A DNA stretch of 52,654 nucleotides from a virus (taxonomy: Duplodnaviria; Caudoviricetes), in IMG/VR virus record IMGVR_UViG_3300026488_000030, positions 1 to 52,654 of that record. One strand, given 5' to 3'. A program made the position numbers and the translations under genes. Positions 38,901-48,049 of the stretch are shown one piece after another. The notes beneath the pieces were generated by a model. It did not search any database. It worked only from the letters and a program-made list of their open reading frames with translations, and was not told the origin of the DNA. Within the stretch, counting starts at the first letter, position 1. Each line of letters opens with the position of its first letter.

Positions 38901-40264
38901 CTTCCTAATCCAAAACGTCTTATCGTTAACAATTCTCGCGCTTGAAAATTCATTATATCATAAATACCAGCAGTAAGTAACAACATTTTACCTTCATACG
39001 AATCGGCCATTGACATCAATTCATATGAACGAGTTGTTAATAATCTAGCATCAGACATCCTAACGCCTAAAAACGAAACCTGTTTCTTTTCAGCAAGAGG
39101 TGTTTGCGTTTTACCGTAAACACGTTCAATCATCCTAAGAGTCTGCAATGGTGTTTTACCAGTTAATAGATTCCAGAATTGTTGGAATGGATCTAATTTA
39201 ACTTGTAATTTGAGCAATTGTTTTTCTAAATTTGAAAATACAGCGCCAAATTCACTTTTTAATGACTCATCAACTTGTTCATGAACGTATTTGGAATAAT
39301 CTTCGATACCAGATTCTTTCGGCTTTGACTTCTTCTGTTCCTGTAAATCGAGTAAGGAATAAATCCCCGCAATAGGCGATGTATGTTTTTCAATCGCAGT
39401 GAGAAGTGCAATTTGTACTTGCTCTCCAGGTCTCAATTGACCTTGTGCTGTCAGTTGTTGAACGTAAGGATTAATTGAATCTGAAACTGAATAACGTCGC
39501 TCTATTTCACCTTCCTGTACAGGTGCTGCTTTTAACTTTGCCATTCTAGATGCTTTCCACATCGATACGCCCATAGACATTGCTAGAAAAGGAGCGAACA
39601 TCGAAAGTGAACCTAAAGCACCCGCAGTTGGAAGGTGGACACCCAATGTACTACCTAATGCTGCATTAATACCATGATACATACCTTTTTCAACTGAGTA
39701 CAATGGGCTTGTGAATGGCATATGAGAGATTGGATGACCACCTAACAGAGGTGGAATAACTGTACCTAACGCTAATGGTGTTGTATACATTAACCTATTG
39801 ATACCATACAGAGCGCCTAGTGCACGAGATGCATAACCAGCAGCTCCTAATTCCTTCTCATATGCTTTGCTAGTTAATGTGCTCCTAAGAGATGAAGCGC
39901 CAGATGTACCAGACATCAAACCATAAAATCCAGCAGCTGGTATTATAAGTGGCATATTGCCTACTTTGGTTGATTCTAAAAAATGATAGCCTTTTTCGAA
40001 AATTGTTGGTTCGTGTTTAGCTTGTTCAGCTACATGATGAGGAGCTCCAGCTCGAAGAACCATAGATGTTGCAATATATGGATAAGTCAAATAGCGCATC
40101 ACTGGAGCTATACGTTGTGAAAATAACTTCTGTTCGGCTTCTACTTCTTGTTTTTGTTGTTTAGATGATTGCTGTTTTTCATATTCTGCAATATATTCAA
40201 GGAAACGTCCTTGATGTTGCTCTTTTCGTCGTTGTTCTTCTCGTTCAATAGGTGTCATTGGCAT
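35936..40264 (-). CDS. tape measure-like protein with C-terminal SLT lytic transglycosylase
   Basis: 1442 aa, largely helical; IYQESRG, GARGLMQIMPST, ALAAYNWGPG, ETQNY. Confidence 0.85.
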   Translation of the reverse strand: MPMTPIEREEQRRKEQHQGRFLEYIAEYEKQQSSKQQKQEVEAEQKLFSQRIAPVMRYLTYPYIATSMVLRAGAPHHVAEQAKHEPTIFEKGYHFLESTKVGNMPLIIPAAGFYGLMSGTSGASSLRSTLTSKAYEKELGAAGYASRALGALYGINRLMYTTPLALGTVIPPLLGGHPISHMPFTSPLYSVEKGMYHGINAALGSTLGVHLPTAGALGSLSMFAPFLAMSMGVSMWKASRMAKLKAAPVQEGEIERRYSVSDSINPYVQQLTAQGQLRPGEQVQIALLTAIEKHTSPIAGIYSLLDLQEQKKSKPKESGIEDYSKYVHEQVDESLKSEFGAVFSNLEKQLLKLQVKLDPFQQFWNLLTGKTPLQTLRMIERVYGKTQTPLAEKKQVSFLGVRMSDARLLTTRSYELMSMADSYEGKMLLLTAGIYDIMNFQARELLTIRRFGLGRTEAVGYTPPETTWKQLMDIIKELPEKIAYSIPGIAALVSWAKLLPQFTHFIVDLPNKAKNLYQQLQDRFLTKPKELAVTEAKRALESKIKSVEQRAYGYIADGLPNLLYKLYSVNVEQLDVLSRLLQLFERLSNIQTKQMHQVPQLQWNPFTNKYESITEETVQSLKNELLQTAIEAYTPVLNKALFKSNITQKVRKEIEEYIEQSISKQFTKSIPGYNFREESSPIVTPPPPPQMQLRGLTTPTVPEHKGIVLANKGGVLVTRTRTISQELSEVRQEEEQREESKFRETLSKAAVTIVNELKKLYKATKPSKQFTKQLSLGIVDALKFVGEHPLLTLGLGLGTMLAPSSFRLIKEGAAFAKYLSVRTVDGIVKDFEKIQSVAGKIISKIGDFISWLGKRVDSFGEIAIKGEEIAGKLLKLFEPVNKFFNLIGSYLGKMGKAAAEFGKGTSWLSKFVPTIGKYAEEAAKASGKGIIKIFGKVGKKLGPLAPIIGGYLAFQRFKDKDYLGAALELISGVTAAVPGVGTVASFLIDGLLWLKDHIFGHKEEKASSSHVAGISVGKTFATPINKLEKDKAAYNNLSKEQKRVVDLVTSHEKVYPKSLKDVINRFDLVSMPEEAVQDILSRADALSKKKNISEDEYIAFGEYLMKHYNQYLITKPASSISESPSSVILPKTGPSATFSEAGSLGMIGIEAPSKSHTTHPITGGTGGFVEAGIVPTIRRQSTSPDVQRVVSRWKDLAVEVSSELEEKGLHVSPSLILAEIYQESRGKPDAVSHVGARGLMQIMPSTAAYLSKLTGLSKEEILSDPYANVYAGSYYLATLLKRYKGDLVKALAAYNWGPGNVGKYYSGKIDKMPKETQNYIANVPRIMQQLSYVDTEVFESAPKTAMATPAGNNWTGIATTATEATKTVSEASLNLKQQQLVQPQQSPVIINNNQPVPSIPEKPEEPTIDPVAENIADKLFANQVNAFATQMQQYPIIPVGVG

Positions 40265-40275
40265 AATTGCGCCTC

Positions 40276-42087
40276 CTAAAAGATGCCAAAGTACGTATCG
40301 ACATCTTCAAATTCTGTTGTTTCAATGGGTGAATTTGTTGGGTCGAATATTTGAGTTAATAATTCAATCTCTTTGCGTTGTTCAGGTGTTAGTTGTTCAT
40401 CTGTTTGTTGTTTTAAAGCGCCGGATTGAGTCGAAGGTTTCACAGCTGTTGCTAATTCTTTTACAGTATTGAAAAATTCTTTTTCAAGTTTATCATTTGA
40501 CTTCTCAATTAGTGGTAGTATTTCCATAAGCGTCTTTTGTCTAACATAAGCACAGAAAGACGCAGCCATGAATAAGTCACTGTAACCTTTAACAGTGATG
40601 GTGCCTCTGTTAGATGTTTCAACTGTTGCAAATTGAGATATGAGTAATTGTGAATGGAAATTTTCTGGGTATTGTTCTACTTTCTCCTTAAGAAGTGCAA
40701 CCATTAAAGGTTTAGTATCACCACCTGTTCTTATTCCAAATTCGTTCTTTTTTGATTTCCAAATATAATTAGCGTAATTGATATCTGAAACTTGCATGGT
40801 TAAGTATTCTATGACAGCTTTACCGATGGAGTTATTTTCTATTGCTAATATTATTCTATTTGTATTAGCGCGCTGTTTTATATATCTAAAAACAGCATCA
40901 ACTACTTGTGCGTGATAAGTTAATGAACCAAGTTTAGATTGCAATTCAGCAACTTGATTGAAATCTTTATATGAAAATACCTGTATAGCATTATATGCAC
41001 CAGCTGTAGATGATGCTGTATCTACACCAATTAAATAGTAATCATTAGGATCGAATTCTGTTGTAAATAATTTCAATGTAGTTCCATGTGGCATGGATAC
41101 TTTTTCAACAGGAGTCGTTGCTTTTAATTGTGAAAGTGTTTCATCGGAGAATATACACTGAGTTGAACCAACGAATAGAAGATCAAGTTCCTGATTAATT
41201 AAGCGCTGACTTTTTAGTTCTCTACATTGTTCCATATACCATTTTTCATCTTTATTTGGATCTTCAGACCAATGATACCTAATTCCAATGAAACCATTTT
41301 TAGACGGGTCATCAAGTAATTGTCTCAATTTTTCATCGTCTATCCATTTTTCATGACCATTCTTATCTTTAACAAATAACATATCTGAATCAATTGAATC
41401 AGACCATCTCTCATAAAACCAATTCGGTTTATCATTTCCTTCAGGTGCATAAACGCCATTTGGTGTTGATGTGACTAACTGAAAATATGGATAATTATTT
41501 CTTTTTGCTTGCTGTCTAGCTGTTGCCAGAATCTGTTGAGCTGCACCATATATTTCATGTAGGTGTGGTATATATGCTGCTTCGTCAATGTATAAGATAG
41601 GAACAGTTAAGGATCTAGCAACTGTGTCTGGTTTGTGGACAGTTGATGGATACATAACTGTAACTCTAGAACCAGTTTCTAATTCAAAATACGTTTTACG
41701 AGAGATAGAACGCATTGGTGATGGAATTCGCATCCAGTCTGGTAGATTTTCCCACATGAACTTTATTTTGTCGATGTTTTCGTAACCTGCATCTTTTCTA
41801 AAGTTTAAAATAACAGCGCGCATTTTAGGAAAAAACAAAATAGCCCAAAGTATTATTGCAGCAGATATTGTCGACTTACCTAACTGACGAGATGCGAGAA
41901 AAACAGCTTTATGATGTCGATATATTGATCGAACAACTCGAGCAAGTTTGGGGTGGAAAACATCCCCGTAGAGACGTTTTCCACCGACCTCTGGAATGTA
42001 CACGTAATTGTATATGAAATAAAGTGGATTTAATCTACATTTTAGCAATTCAATTGCATGAAGTTTCTCACTGTTAACAATCTGCAT
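40276..42087 (-). CDS. terL: terminase large subunit
   Basis: ASRQLGKST, LYIDEAAYI, TSTPNG; nuclease IGVDTA, IENNSIG, SDLFMA. Confidence 0.92.
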   Translation of the reverse strand: MQIVNSEKLHAIELLKCRLNPLYFIYNYVYIPEVGGKRLYGDVFHPKLARVVRSIYRHHKAVFLASRQLGKSTISAAIILWAILFFPKMRAVILNFRKDAGYENIDKIKFMWENLPDWMRIPSPMRSISRKTYFELETGSRVTVMYPSTVHKPDTVARSLTVPILYIDEAAYIPHLHEIYGAAQQILATARQQAKRNNYPYFQLVTSTPNGVYAPEGNDKPNWFYERWSDSIDSDMLFVKDKNGHEKWIDDEKLRQLLDDPSKNGFIGIRYHWSEDPNKDEKWYMEQCRELKSQRLINQELDLLFVGSTQCIFSDETLSQLKATTPVEKVSMPHGTTLKLFTTEFDPNDYYLIGVDTASSTAGAYNAIQVFSYKDFNQVAELQSKLGSLTYHAQVVDAVFRYIKQRANTNRIILAIENNSIGKAVIEYLTMQVSDINYANYIWKSKKNEFGIRTGGDTKPLMVALLKEKVEQYPENFHSQLLISQFATVETSNRGTITVKGYSDLFMAASFCAYVRQKTLMEILPLIEKSNDKLEKEFFNTVKELATAVKPSTQSGALKQQTDEQLTPEQRKEIELLTQIFDPTNSPIETTEFEDVDTYFGIF

Positions 42088-42102
42088 ATACCCCCCATGT
42101 TG

Positions 42103-44886
42103 TTAGTTGAGCGAATGTTGTATTTGAATGTTATCTAAATCCCAATACCAAAGTGATGGTGTATAATCAACAATTTGTTGTTTTGACAATTTATACATCG
42201 CTTCATCCAAATCATCGACAGTTTCAATGCCGTGAAAGATAAGGTTATTGGCTGAATCATATGCAACAACTTGAACAGATTTTACTTCAGGAAATGTATC
42301 ATGTATAAATTCAATTAACTGGGAGTCATAATATTTAATTTTAGTCCCTGTATAATTGTCATTCAAATTCTGCGCTATAAATAATTTCATTAAATCAATA
42401 CGTTCACTAGTATTAATTTGTTTCTGTCGAACAATATTTTTGTCAAAGACAATGTTCACATATAACTTTAGTGGAAGTTGTATGTTGATAATTTTCCATT
42501 CATATTCAAATATTGAAGCGCTGGAATTCCACGTTCTTATATAATAGTAGTATTGATTTGTATTAACGTCGTATATGACTGATGGATAAGTAGGTATAGT
42601 AAATGTCCAAGTTGATGAAGATGAATCCCATTTCGCAATTTGATTGTCATGACCGTTCCAATCACCAGTTCCTGGAGGTTTAACAACGTATGTAGTATCA
42701 GGATCAGGAGTAGTTGGAGGTGTAGACTGATAAACGACTGGACCGTAGTCTGCAATTGATACTCGTTCGAATTCCCAAGTTCCTACAGGAGTATATGTGG
42801 CAATTGTATTTTCATGAGATGCAAATAAATCACGAGCTCCAGGAAGAACATAATATGAATCACCAGGAGACGGTGAAGATGGAACTAATGTCGTAAATCC
42901 TTTAATCGAGTAATTGATGAGAACAGAAGACTCCTGTTTATTGAATACTTGAGCGTATGGAGAAGGAACATTAATCGTATTTAAAAAGCGCGTTTGAATG
43001 TTATCAGAAATGACTCTATCTTCAGTAATGTTTGTGTTTATTATGAAATCGATTAAGAAGTTATCATAATAGCGCGTACTTTCAGGTGGGTTCTCTTCAT
43101 ATTTTGCTTTAGAAATTACAGGTATTGCTATTAAATTACCATTGTATTGTTGCAAATCAACAATATTGGTGCAATCATATGCTTGAACTAAATCTTTAGC
43201 AATAAGTGTTTCAACTAGGTTGTTGGGTGAATCATATAGTTCAATAGTGCAATCAAAAGAACCGACAATTATATCAGATATAGTATATGAGAAGCTATTA
43301 CTGTTAAATGTCATCTGTTGCTTTATAATACCAGCTTGTGGTATTGTTATTTTAGCAGTATAAGGCGATAAGTCTTCAAAACTAGTGACTGAAAATTTTG
43401 TCTCGTTGTTTGTTGAATCATATGTTATATTTAAAAGCGCTGATTTTACTTTAAGTGCTTCTCCGACTTTTGGTATTAACCTTTCGAAATTAACGGTTAG
43501 ATTATCCTGCACAATGCATGCTGTATACAAATTAGTTTTTTCATCGTATTTATACATAAATGGTGATATATATTCATCACCATCTATAGTAGTTGTTGGT
43601 TTATATGGATTAGCCTCTATAGTAGCTTTAGGTAACGAAACATTGGTACTTTTCACTATTTGCTGATATTTATCGCGGAAAGCTTTGTATAAGTAAAAAG
43701 TGTGATCTTGTATTGAACCTTTCTTGAATAGAAACTCAAAGTCGTCTAAATAACGACTAGCAATATTGTAGAAATCATATTTTGTGACGAGGGTTTTTCT
43801 GGATTGGATAAATTTAATAATATCAGCGCGCAATTCTTCCTGCGTTAGTGCATTTTTACCACCGTATGTCTTAAGTATTGAGAGATGTCCAATATCTGAA
43901 AATGCGACAGTAGTTGTCATTGGTGTGGATGTTGGATTACTATCAGTTGGTAGAGACGATGTAAATAGCATTTTTGCAGGAAGAACATTGGTCGTTTGAA
44001 CATTTGTGATATTATTTGCAGAATCACCTTTCGTGGTTTTCACAACTAATTTAACATCTGCCATTGGTATAAATTTTCCATGTTTTCCATCACCTGATTC
44101 AATTATGTAACTATTACCAATCGGCGCTTTTCTTATAAATAAAACCTCATCACTACTTGACGACAAATATTTAACCGGTTCTATTTTATATTTTTTCCAT
44201 TCAGTTGCATTTCTTTCCCTAACATACGCATCAATCGAATAAATGTGCTGTTCTGGTTCCAGTACTAATGTGATAGTATCTGATGAATACATTAAATAAT
44301 CTTTTAAATGATATTCAAATACCTGAACTGCATACTGTTTGACATCAATTAATGGTATAATTAACTGATTGTTTAAATCTGAAAATGGTATAACACGACG
44401 GTCTTTATTCGATGAGACAGTAGCAACTGCTATATGTGTTGAACTCTGTTCATAAAAATCAATAATTAAATCACCTTCAAATGTGAATGGAATTTCACCT
44501 AAATAAAAAGTTAACCATTTCAGATTTAAATTTGAATCCTCGTTATGAACAAATTCTAAGCGCTGATTATAAGGAGCTTTAGGTAATAAAACAGGATCTA
44601 TAACCAATTGACAATCCACAGATGCAGGTGTTGCAAATGATGGGAAATAACCGTGAACCACACCATGTGTAATTAAAGAATTATAATCAACAGCTGTTGC
44701 AATAAACATCTCGTTAAATAAACTGTCGTAATAATTCTTTAAGTCATAATTAGTCCATCCGAGGACTGATAATAAATAACCAATAAATCCAGTCTTAGTA
44801 ATTTGTATTCCGTTGCTTTGGGCATATTCATTTAGTTTATTAGCATAATATTTGATGAAATCTTCTGGTGTTCGAAAGTTCAACAT
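42103..44886 (-). CDS. baseplate wedge protein (gp6/baseplate-J-like) with two DUF2793-like inserts
   Basis: NEMFIATA..SL, GDGKHGK, TTKG, GG..LVTKYDF; inserts PSSPSPGDSYYV and TTYVVKPPGTGDWNGHDNQIAKW. Confidence 0.7.
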   Translation of the reverse strand: MLNFRTPEDFIKYYANKLNEYAQSNGIQITKTGFIGYLLSVLGWTNYDLKNYYDSLFNEMFIATAVDYNSLITHGVVHGYFPSFATPASVDCQLVIDPVLLPKAPYNQRLEFVHNEDSNLNLKWLTFYLGEIPFTFEGDLIIDFYEQSSTHIAVATVSSNKDRRVIPFSDLNNQLIIPLIDVKQYAVQVFEYHLKDYLMYSSDTITLVLEPEQHIYSIDAYVRERNATEWKKYKIEPVKYLSSSSDEVLFIRKAPIGNSYIIESGDGKHGKFIPMADVKLVVKTTKGDSANNITNVQTTNVLPAKMLFTSSLPTDSNPTSTPMTTTVAFSDIGHLSILKTYGGKNALTQEELRADIIKFIQSRKTLVTKYDFYNIASRYLDDFEFLFKKGSIQDHTFYLYKAFRDKYQQIVKSTNVSLPKATIEANPYKPTTTIDGDEYISPFMYKYDEKTNLYTACIVQDNLTVNFERLIPKVGEALKVKSALLNITYDSTNNETKFSVTSFEDLSPYTAKITIPQAGIIKQQMTFNSNSFSYTISDIIVGSFDCTIELYDSPNNLVETLIAKDLVQAYDCTNIVDLQQYNGNLIAIPVISKAKYEENPPESTRYYDNFLIDFIINTNITEDRVISDNIQTRFLNTINVPSPYAQVFNKQESSVLINYSIKGFTTLVPSSPSPGDSYYVLPGARDLFASHENTIATYTPVGTWEFERVSIADYGPVVYQSTPPTTPDPDTTYVVKPPGTGDWNGHDNQIAKWDSSSSTWTFTIPTYPSVIYDVNTNQYYYYIRTWNSSASIFEYEWKIINIQLPLKLYVNIVFDKNIVRQKQINTSERIDLMKLFIAQNLNDNYTGTKIKYYDSQLIEFIHDTFPEVKSVQVVAYDSANNLIFHGIETVDDLDEAMYKLSKQQIVDYTPSLWYWDLDNIQIQHSLN

Positions 44887-44914
44887 ATTATCATCTCCTG
44901 TTTTAAAATTTTAT

Positions 44915-45215
44915 TTTAGCGCGCATACTGCAAACGGCTGAACTGTTACATCAATGGTGCTTAAATCGCGTGTTATCATTCTCAGCTAAAGTTGAAATGC
45001 TATGGGCGCTCAAACACGCTCATATCACAAACAGCTAAAGCTGTTACGCTACCACGCGATAAATCGCGTGTTATAGCGACGTAAACGCGGTTATATGCGA
45101 CGATATGAGCACCATCAATATAAAACATTGAATTCGACTGTATCGTCGCGTATACGCGAAGTATGTCGCTATTAGAGCCAGGTTGCGGATATAGTTACTG
45201 TAGTGAGTATATGTT
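44915..45215 (+). repeat. family A element, copy 8 (core 45073-45172)
   Basis: tttagcgcgc start module + 100-bp core. Confidence 0.95.
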
Positions 45216-45217
45216 AG

Positions 45218-45247
45218 AAAAAAAGGAGAAACCATTGTGGTTTCTCC
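45218..45247 (-). terminator. intrinsic terminator
   Basis: ggagaaacca-ttg-tggtttctcc with A-run. Confidence 0.8.
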
Positions 45248-45249
45248 AT

Positions 45250-46665
45250 CTATTGGAAGAAGGAGGCTATCTCCTTGAATATCCAGTTATTTCCGTCAAT
45301 AGCTGTTGCTTCATAATACCCACTGCAATAATACGTAAATGGAAGTGTTGTTAGTTCGTTACTCGAACGATTACCAATTAGTTCTTTATTTGGCAGAGAC
45401 TGCGGAAAGCATCCAACAGCCTTACCAGCGTACATTATTTTAGTTAAACTAGGGTCAAATTTTAACACATAAAATGATGCAACATAATCAACAGCTCGAA
45501 ATAATGACGAATTTTTGTCAATGTAACGACTGTCTGGTTTTATCAATCCTGCTGTAACACCCCAAATATACTTAATCCATAGACTGTGTAAGTTGTAAAT
45601 GTCTAAATTACTGTTCTCTATATACGTAACAGACATCTGATTTGTCGGAACAACCTCTGTTGCATAAGGAACACCACCAGAACGAGATTCAACTGATTCA
45701 GCATTAACTTGGTATGTTGGTAAAGAAAAGTCAACTGCTGCAAATGGTATGAAATTGGCAATATTCATTATTTCAGAAATATCACCTTCTATACCATATG
45801 CATTTGGTTGTTTTATACGATAGCCAGATAAGTCTGGTGGGACCATTAATAGAATAGTATGACCTGTGATATCAGGCTGGTATTCATGATACAATTGCTC
45901 ATATAATTGACGAATTAACTTTTCTGGAAATTGTGTAGTCAGAAGGTTGCGAGTGTATTTTATTAAAATATCTGTTGGGTCGTTTCCTAATGATGGACTA
46001 GCAGATGTAACAACATCATAGGCAGAACGATTAGCATTGAAAACATATGTACCTATGCTTTTTGCTTGCGGAGTAATTGATTGTTTAGCTAATTTTTGTT
46101 CAAGCGCGGAAATTTGCTCAGTGATTGATTTAACAGGTTTCACTAAATTACCGACTGAATTTGATAAACCATTTGTCTGATTATTCGGAACAATATCTGA
46201 CTGCATAGTATCATTGAATGCAACTTGATCAAAGTTCTCTAAGCTATTCTGCAAACCACGTGGAATATTATTAGCTTCGAGCTGTTCAACAATATTTTTT
46301 GCTCGTGAAATATCATAATTTACATCCTCAATTTTCTCATTTAAACGCTCGAGCAAGCCCTCTGAAACTTTATCAGGATCGACAATTGTAGTCTGATTCT
46401 CAATCTGCTGAACTAGGCTAGACGAAACAGTCGTACTTTTATCAATAAGAGACCGTTGACTATCTGCAAACGTCTCTGACAATTGTAAATCGACATCAGA
46501 TAGTGATTTGGTTAGAGTAGTATCTAACGAATTAGATTCAACCTTTTGCAAAGTACTTTCAACCGTTTCTTCAACTTGGTTTAATTTATCGATTGAATCT
46601 TTAATGAAGTCTTCTACCTTTTGTTCATCACCTTTAACACCTTTGATGAATTTAGATATACTCAT
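45250..46665 (-). CDS. tail-tube-fold virion protein with coiled-coil N-extension
   Basis: C-half resembles the 8427 tube (PDITGH vs PYISGY; SVTYIE; VGCFPQSLP). Confidence 0.55.
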   Translation of the reverse strand: MSISKFIKGVKGDEQKVEDFIKDSIDKLNQVEETVESTLQKVESNSLDTTLTKSLSDVDLQLSETFADSQRSLIDKSTTVSSSLVQQIENQTTIVDPDKVSEGLLERLNEKIEDVNYDISRAKNIVEQLEANNIPRGLQNSLENFDQVAFNDTMQSDIVPNNQTNGLSNSVGNLVKPVKSITEQISALEQKLAKQSITPQAKSIGTYVFNANRSAYDVVTSASPSLGNDPTDILIKYTRNLLTTQFPEKLIRQLYEQLYHEYQPDITGHTILLMVPPDLSGYRIKQPNAYGIEGDISEIMNIANFIPFAAVDFSLPTYQVNAESVESRSGGVPYATEVVPTNQMSVTYIENSNLDIYNLHSLWIKYIWGVTAGLIKPDSRYIDKNSSLFRAVDYVASFYVLKFDPSLTKIMYAGKAVGCFPQSLPNKELIGNRSSNELTTLPFTYYCSGYYEATAIDGNNWIFKEIASFFQ

Positions 46666-46676
46666 AGGTGTTCTCC

Positions 46677-47915
46677 TTATGTATTATGGCGACAATTTGC
46701 AAGCTGAATGTTATATGCAATTGTGTAAATTAAAACGTTTTCCAATTGTCTCATTAAGTAAGTGCTGTAGTTGAATGTTAAGTTCTTCTCCTCTTGTATT
46801 TTCTTTAGTAATTCACCAATCAATTTGTATAATTGATTGACTTCTGGATTATTTTTAGATGAAACAATTAAGCGCTTAACTTTAACTAAGAAGTCTAATG
46901 TACAAACTTTATTCTTATCCTTAATCTGCAAACGATTAAGCATAAGTGGAATTATCTCACTAAGCAAATTGTCATATTCAGGATTATGTATAGACTGTGC
47001 TAATAGTTTAACAATGTCACGTCTAACGTTTGTTCTTAAATCAATCGAAATGTTATTAGCGAATTTGTCACTGTATGATGCAAATGTATTAGTTGTAATA
47101 AAGTTGACAGTCTCATGTGTAATCTCATCAATGTTATTTTCAACTTCAAATGGCTCTTCTTCGTTACTAACTTCCGCAGACATATATTTACCTTCTTGTT
47201 TAGCGCGCATATATAGTGGGAGTAATCCTGTGGATGCTAACTTTTGACCTGTTTTCGGGTCAATCTGGAAGTTGGATGCAAATATTTGAACAATTCTAGC
47301 ATGAGCTTGTTCTAAGAAACGTTTTAATGACAGTGGATGTGCAATACCATTGTGTAGAATCTGAGGTTTATATTTTGTTAAAAGTGTTGGTGCGTAATAA
47401 TCTTTAATTAGCTGAAATGGATTGCTATAAGATGTTACAATAAAGCGCTTATTCATCATAACATTAACAACATAATTCATAACCCTAGGATCGCAGTACT
47501 TTATATATTTCATTCGTCTGCCGTTCCAAACACGTATTAAAATTAGTGTTGCTATATTTTTTGCTAATTCTTTATCATGTTCTTCATCTTTAAGCGCCCA
47601 ATATAGTAAAAATAAAAGTATCAAATAATATGGATTGTTAAACATTCGGTTAGACATAGTTGCAGCGCCCCAAGCTTCCTTGAATGCTTCGGCTAATTCT
47701 TTCTCGTCGATATTAGCGAGTTTGTATAATTCACTAACATCTTTTTCAGGTAATTTAAAACGATAACAATAACCTTCTTCACTTTTCATAACGTCTGTGT
47801 AAATTTTACCAACTGTAGTTCGAATTGTATCGATTAGTTTATGTTTGATATCTGGATTTTTCTTTATATAAGCGCTGAATTTTCTGTACATGTCTTCAAG
47901 CTTACTACTTGCCAC
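46677..47915 (-). CDS. hypothetical protein, possibly a phiKZ gp68/AR9 gp226-like sigma-like RNAP subunit
   Basis: NNPYY..LL, KYIKYCDPRVMNYVVN.MMNKRFIV; resemblance recalled, not searched. Confidence 0.35.
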   Translation of the reverse strand: MASSKLEDMYRKFSAYIKKNPDIKHKLIDTIRTTVGKIYTDVMKSEEGYCYRFKLPEKDVSELYKLANIDEKELAEAFKEAWGAATMSNRMFNNPYYLILLFLLYWALKDEEHDKELAKNIATLILIRVWNGRRMKYIKYCDPRVMNYVVNVMMNKRFIVTSYSNPFQLIKDYYAPTLLTKYKPQILHNGIAHPLSLKRFLEQAHARIVQIFASNFQIDPKTGQKLASTGLLPLYMRAKQEGKYMSAEVSNEEEPFEVENNIDEITHETVNFITTNTFASYSDKFANNISIDLRTNVRRDIVKLLAQSIHNPEYDNLLSEIIPLMLNRLQIKDKNKVCTLDFLVKVKRLIVSSKNNPEVNQLYKLIGELLKKIQEEKNLTFNYSTYLMRQLENVLIYTIAYNIQLANCRHNT

Positions 47916-47937
47916 GACTATCCTCCTGATTTATCTT

Positions 47938-48046
47938 GAACTGTTGCGTCTAAACTACAAAGCAGTTAGACACGTTTTCCTGCCTGGATCTGCAGTTTGA
48001 CGATTGCAGTTTACTGCTGACAATGTTGTGGTAGCAGAGATGTTCA
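47938..48046 (-). repeat. degenerate family B element
   Basis: gaact..acta-caaag-cagt..acacgttttcctgcc..ctgctga..tgttgtggtagcagag matches copy 1 in patches. Confidence 0.55.
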
Positions 48047-48049
48047 CAA

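Noticed and set aside
6391-45354. ORF-track ORFs overlapping family A elements (6391, 7871, 8071, 19698, 23660, 45163)
   Set aside because: Different frames and endpoints between copies and no SD; they are by-products of the repeat.
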